A stretch of 64,000 nucleotides of DNA from Tubiluchus corallicola. Its lineage: Eukaryota > Animalia > Priapulida. Under the pieces are notes generated by a model. That model had not been told where the DNA came from, did not search any database, and saw nothing but the letters and a program-made list of their open reading frames with translations. Location: assembly GCA_030141605.1 (NCBI GenBank), contig JAQGDQ010000812.1, positions 1 to 64,000 of the forward strand. The letters are read 5' to 3'. Below are positions 57,900-64,000 of this stretch, one piece after another. Both the position numbers and the translations under genes were made by a program. Within the stretch, counting starts at the first letter, position 1; every line of letters begins with the position of its first letter.

Positions 57900-58530
57900 C
57901 GTATGTTTTATCCTGCATGCGCGGAGCAGCTAGCTAGTTGAGCCATTGTGTCTGTGAGATGGATGCCCGCTGGTTGTTGATTGACGTTTCGCGGAATCGC
58001 GATCCCTGTATTATCCCGAACAGAGGTTTTTCCTATCCAAGTACTTCTACTAGTTTTTCTGTTCTGATAGCATTTAGTTTGTTGTCAACAGGCTAATTAA
58101 AGCTGTTTGATTAAAACACCAGTTACGCACAATACTTAATTAAAATCCAACTACGAAAACATGTGCAACTATGCTTGGTGACTTTGTGAGGGTGACGGAA
58201 TACATTCAAAGTCACAGTATTTTAGATCCAAAAACAATTCTTAAGCAAATCTTGTCGCTCGCGTAATGTCTTACAATTAGAGCATCTTTCCTGAAGTCAG
58301 TAGTTACCCAAAGCTTTATCAGACAAAAACCTGTTTTAAATGGGTCAACAAACCACACATACATATTTGAATTGGTTTTATAGTGGCTCAAGTAATACAC
58401 TATAAGCAAAGATTGTTGTGTGACTTTACTGTGTAAACACTGAAAACTTGCGTTCTCGAATGCTTGATTAAGGGTTGCTTTTACTCGTAAGGTACGTAGA
58501 CACCACGCGCGTACGCCGCATAACGCCGTA
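57900..58530 (+). promoter_or_regulatory. Putative promoter/5' non-coding exon of the myosin gene
   Basis: CpG-rich patches (57915-58010, 58485-58535), GCATGCGC motif, donor-like AAG|GTACGT at 58492. Confidence 0.35.
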
Positions 58531-60091
58531 CCGCTTGTTATTGTACAGTGGACATTTAGTACAGCACTTAAATTTTGTCACATTTGGTGAAGGTTGTGCC
58601 GGACTGATTTATACAGGTGGACGTTGTGAAGTTACTTTGCGAAGCTCTTTCACGATGTATATATATATGGACTTGTTCCTTAGGTATACTATACTGTACA
58701 TTTAACATTTTTATACAGCATGTCCGCATGAAACTACTATAAAAACTAGCTATACAAGCAGTGATTAGACAGCATTATTTTACGTGAATTACGAATTTTT
58801 GTAACTTTGTTATATAAATATTGTTTAATCAGTTTAGTGGTGATACGCGTGAGTGAGTTTTGAATGTTTCGTCTGTTTTTCACTTGAAGGCGAATGGTAA
58901 AATTTTGCAACACGCAAAAAAATCTTTTTTTGTTGCAATAATTCTGCTATTTAGCGAGTTGCGAACGTGCTCTCTTCATTTTCGAATTACGAATATGATT
59001 TGCAGTCTATGGGTGATTAACGTGACAGTCATGTACTACACTGACAGTTGAAACTTCCCTTCAACTTAAAATTTCCGCTGTCCATTTCCCGTGCATGTTA
59101 TTTTCATTCCAACTCCTCGACAGCACAATAATATGTCTGTTTAACACACAAGATCATTTTCGCGTTAGTGTTCTGTTGATCAATATGCAATGACTGTAAA
59201 ATTAACCTGTTGGCCCATTAATAGCACATGAGATTCATTTAACGTCTCGAAAAGTGAAAAAAGGTAAGTGCAAAATTACCAAATTAAATTTTTTTATTTA
59301 CCTATAAGTAGTACATTTCACGAGCTTAGGTTTTCTTGGATGAAACTAGTGGCGTAGCTAGCCCCAGGAGGCCCATAGGAAAGGGATAAAATTCATCCTA
59401 CACTGGCTGATCAATACAATCCTGCTCTGTGCGTTTTACTGCTATAATGGCAAATGTGGTTATTTAATCTAATCAACACAATAAAGCCAGGCAGGTAGGG
59501 TAACAAATTTTGGGGTAAAAGGATTAAGCCTACAATAATGGAGAGTTTGGCACGATAATGGTTGTAGACATTTTCATGAAACATAATTGATGAACCACTG
59601 GTCATAAAAAGTAAGGTCATTTTTAGTCCAGACAGTTGGAGTTTTGTCCAGACAAAGATAAAATAATGCTTCAACTATATGCTTAATTAATTCAAAAAAA
59701 ATTATGACAGATTAAGTTTAACTAGGTCACCTATAAATATGAAAATGCAACAACATGGCTTCAGTGAGAAAGACGACTGAAATGCATCAGATGAGCATCA
59801 GGAAGTGATGACACCAAGGTCATAATAGATTATAGAAGTCAAGTGTCATTAGAATGTCAAAATAAAAAAAATGCAAAAGTAAAGCAGCAATCTGTAGCGA
59901 TGAGATGACAGGCTTATGCTCAGTCTGTTGAGTGATTAAGTCCCCTTGAAGGAATTAAGGCACATGCACAACAATGCAGCATTTTTGCATAAAATTTGGT
60001 GTTAAGGTCATTTCTTTATAATGTAATGTGTTTGCTGTGATGTACAGTCTTAACTTTGCAGGTATTAATATAATACAAAAAATAAATATCA

Positions 60092-60197
60092 GGGCCCATT
60101 TGCACAAAGTCGTCACTAAGTTAACGGCATCATCATTAATAGTTTATGAATGTAATAACAATGTTGCTAACTTAGTGATAATTTTGTGACACCGGCC
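60092..60197. mobile_element. Short palindromic MITE (Harbinger-like GGCC ends)
   Basis: GGGCCC..CACAAAGTCGTCACTAAGTTAACGGCAT mirrored by ATGTTGCTAACTTAGTGATAATTTTGTG..CGGCC. Confidence 0.6.
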
Positions 60198-60999
60198 GAG
60201 GGTAATTTGGCCTAACTTATAGGTTACGGTGGCAGTTAAAGACTACTAAAGGTGTACACAACAGTAATATTTAACTGCTGGGATGCCAGTAAATTGGCAG
60301 TGACCGCATCTAGCTTACTTGATTGATGGCATTAGAAGTAAGTCACACAGAGAATATGGAAATGACAGGCTCGTTCTGTTAACTGTTTGATGCCATCATG
60401 CCATAAAGCATAATGTGACACTTATTGTATAGCTTATTTTGCAGACCTAAATGTACTATTCTTCTTTCTGTGTGGCATATATCATTGGAATATCCCGTAC
60501 AGTTAGGTAGTAACATAATGCAGAAGGCCCCATATCAATTTTAAGGTCATCAGAAAGTCATCATTCATAACATTCAGAGTAGGATAGGACAAAACTCTAG
60601 CTCGTTGTTGCAATAAGTGAGCAGGCTTTTTCCGTGGACTAAATACAGAAAAGCATTGTTACAAATTGTTGCAAATTATCTGCATATTGCTCAAAGTCAT
60701 TGGTGGTTCTTGTTTTTTATTGTGTATCTACATAAATTCACTATTTACTAAACCTAACTGTTGATGTTTTACAGTTCTGTTATGACTTGAAGAGAGATGT
60801 CTGTCCAATAAGACAAGTACAGCTGAAGGATTAGTCCACCCAAAAAGACAACTTTAGACAATTAAGAGTTGTCAAAAGAGGGTCTAATTTTTTGCTACCT
60901 TTATAGGAAGCTTTCATCTTATTACTCTGAATTATGCCAAATATAGTGATTGTGCTCTAGCATCTATACTGGACAATTGCTGCTATTGTATAGAACATC

Positions 61000-63900
61000 A
61001 TGATGGCATCCACACCTGGTAAATGATTTTGATTAACTTCTTATTCCTGTTACTTATAGCTTAGGATGCATCCAGAGTTCGAATACATGGATTGCCTTTT
61101 AACTTTCATTTATCAAATATCTGTTGAAGTATGCAAATTAATGTTGTTATTTTGGTACTTTTTGTTTATACAAGATAAATTCCTTGTATGTTTTCAACCA
61201 ATATGATTGGATACTTTCTTGCAGTGTGTCATTGATTTATTATACACATTATTCATTTACAGATTTCATGTCTCATTACTCAAGTTCATTTGCACAGGCC
61301 TCCAATAATTTCTTTGGTTTTCATATTTGTCTTATCGGCTATGTCAGTCATAGTTCCTTGCCTTAACCTTAATATTAAAAACTAATATAATAAATCAGAG
61401 CAATGAATTAATTGCAGCACCATCTGCAAAGGATGGAGTGCCAGATATGACGGTCCTCAGCAATATTGATGATTCTGCAATTAATCTCAATCTGAAAGTC
61501 AGATATGAAAGAGACAGCATCTATGTATCTTTGAAGAGAAAAAATTGTTTTTATGTCAAGCATTGTTGGTCATAATCTTGAAAAGAAATTAATTTGAGTA
61601 ATTACAATACAGAGTATAAAAACTGTCCTGTTGTATCTTAAGACCCTCACCATAAAATAATAAACATGTTTTGACCATAGCAGTGTAATACTGATTCCTG
61701 TATTGGGGGTTAAAGTTGATGGCTTGTTAGAGAAACAAATACCTCCACTTTTGTACATGTAGCCAAATTATTATTTGTGTATGCTTGTTTTTGTATGCTT
61801 TTCACTGTACATAGAAAGAATTGAGATAGTTTTTTCATATATTTTGCTGTTTCTAAATGTTTTGTGTGATACTTTCCTTAACAAATTCTTAATAGACGTA
61901 TATTGGAACAATTTTGGCAGCTGTAAACCCATATCGCGATCTAGGGATCTATGAACCGGTATGTAAATTTGTAAATGATGAATGTACAACATGTCGATGA
62001 TTTAATTTTTCCTTGAGACTCATTTTTGATTTGAGTGTTCTCTGTTTTAGGTTGAAATTTTTTTCTTTTACCTTCTTTATTGTCCACTATGGTTAACAAT
62101 GATCAATTAATCCTTACTAATTAATGAATATATAGTTTTATAGTTATTGTACCTGTAGCTACTAAAATGCTTTTTACTGAGTAGTACAAGCTTTAGCAAT
62201 TGCTTAAGTACTTCTTGAACAACAAATCTACAATGAGTTTTAAATCTGCCTGTCCTAAATCTACTATGCCTGTATCTCCCTATCCTACATCTGTCTTTTC
62301 TGCCTAATGTTATGCTCCCTGCTTTGTGTATACATTAGTATGGTGGTTATATTAAACTGCTGTAATAGAAATGTTTATTAAACATTAGCACCCATTAATA
62401 CAAATTGTAATCAATTAGGTTTGAACGCCTGCAAGGAATCGAACGTGGATGACGTAACTGCACACTCCAGTTTGATAATTCTTTAATCTATGTTTATGTA
62501 TTTTCAAATTTTTATCATTTCATGTATGGCTCAAGCATAGAGCTGGACTATTGTTGTACCATCATCCATTGTTTGTTTTCACAAACATGACAGCATGTGA
62601 GATATTTTTGATTATTTGAAATCTATCTACCTTTTTGTATTCCTTGTCTGATGTGGCTGTAGAAGCAGCGCTGCAGTTTTTTTAAACAAATATTTCTAGT
62701 CATATATATGTATCCTTTCCTAATAATTTGTGTATTCTTGCACTGATCACGTTAGTTAGGCCACATCAGGAAACCTATTAATTAATTTACATCAGTGAAT
62801 ATAGTATTTGACTTTGTTTTTTAGTGGTTGATCAGTAAGAGCTTTACTAACTGACTTCTCTGATGTACTTCACACACACACACACATAAAGTTATTGAAG
62901 GTTAACTCTTATAACATGAATTAGGATGAGTTAATTTACAATGAATTTCACCCTCAATAAGTTGTTTTCTGTGTCATCTTCAGATGACTTATATAATAGT
63001 TCAGTGATGTTTTTTATAGAATGTCGTTGACAGTTATATTGGGTATAAAATCGGAGAGCTGGTGCCACACATATTTGCCGTGGCAGAGACGGCATATCAA
63101 AATCTCTGCCGTTCCGGAAACAGCCAGTCCTTCATTATTAGTGGAGAAAGCGGTGCAGGAAAGGTAAAAAAGTTATGAAGTAACACATTTTCATATGATA
63201 TTCTACCAGTTAATCAGTCCTCCTTAAGTCTAAAATATAGAATTCCTGCCTTGGTATGTGTAGAGATTTTGCCCTCTAAAGCTTTCATGAAGAAAACCTG
63301 AACGTTTGACTTACAAGCGATACTGTGAATTACACACAAATTAGTAAAGTAATTTTGTTGAGCATGTGGCAGATAATTTTGTGTAGCAAAGGCATGTAAT
63401 GGTACTATAACATTTGCTATGTTTCATTAAGTTGTATTTTTTTGTCTTTTTCAGCAAAATAGTTGTTTTAAGATATTAAAGGAAAAATTTGCCTGAACTT
63501 CCTGAGTTTTTGCAACTGAAAATTTAAGTTGTTATGTTCGATTCCACAAACCATACTAATATATTCTCTGCGTCGAAATTTTCAGACAGAAAATACTAAG
63601 TTCATTCTGCAGTATCTATGTTCTGTGACTGGTGTTGCTTCTTCTTGGGTGGAGCAGCAAATCCTAGAAGCTAACGCCATCTTGGAAGCTTTTGGTGAGT
63701 GTGTTTGTTACTTTGTATGGTTTGAATTGTTATAGTTCTTTTTCCGTCTAAGTAATTTTGTAAATAAATTCTGAGTTGTAAGTTTTTTCCAATTATATTA
63801 TTATGAACAACATTTTCCCAGAAACCTTCAAGAAAAGTGTTTAACAGTTTTAGTATTTAAACAACAACTACTGGTTATAATGTAGTAAATTTTTTATGCA

Positions 63901-64000
63901 TTTATTTAGGAAATGCAAAAACTGTGCGAAATGACAATTCCAGCCGTTTTGGAAAATTCATGCAAGTTTGTTTTGACGGCCAATTTCGGATCAGCGGCTG
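61000..64000 (+). CDS. Unconventional myosin motor domain N-terminus (most similar to class XXII / VII-like MyTH4-FERM myosins); continues past window end
   Basis: Exons 61000-61018 (tentative start), 61418-61524, 61896-61958, 63020-63163, 63586-63694, 63910->64000: [78 protein letters not shown]. Myosin identity is certain; class and start codon are not. Confidence 0.9.
61525..61895 (+). other. U12-type (minor spliceosome) GT-AG intron
   Basis: 5' site GTATCTTT, branch site TTCCTTAAC at 61874-61882, 13 nt before the intron end; joins IY|TY in phase 0. Confidence 0.85.

Noticed and set aside
62420-62475. tRNA-like B box (GTTCGATTCC) on minus strand
   Set aside because: No A box or cloverleaf; at most a decayed SINE fragment.
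62710-62719. Perfect U12 5' splice-site consensus GTATCCTTTC inside a myosin intron
   Set aside because: Upstream frame hits TAA within 9 codons, no U12 branch site before the next acceptor, and the flanking exons already join in phase; likely chance.

Overview
AT-rich, intron-containing animal (invertebrate-looking) genomic DNA. I built gene models by hand from splice sites and reading-frame phases. In order: the 3' part of a young CR1/L2-type LINE (1-2766); a 26-exon PLEKHH1/2 (MAX-1-like PH-PH-MyTH4-FERM) gene on + (2836-24807) with one GC-AG intron; a 9-coding-exon DPF2/d4 (requiem) gene on - (41722-29032) whose 8-kb last intron hosts an antisense C2H2 zinc-finger gene (31212-33491); a cluster of decayed LINEs (42.4-48.0 kb); a single-exon-CDS, expanded CUEDC1 (48692-51196); an unrecognised 4-exon, 169-aa ORF that the ORF track shows only in fragments (52988-54622); and the 5' end of an unconventional myosin (class XXII/VII-like) with a U12-type intron. 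Introns carry hAT and palindromic MITEs, a Helentron-like element and two 5S-rRNA-derived sequences, one a tandem dimer with its own terminal stem. No database searches were run; family calls come from recalled motifs. No prokaryotic-type system (CRISPR etc.) is present.
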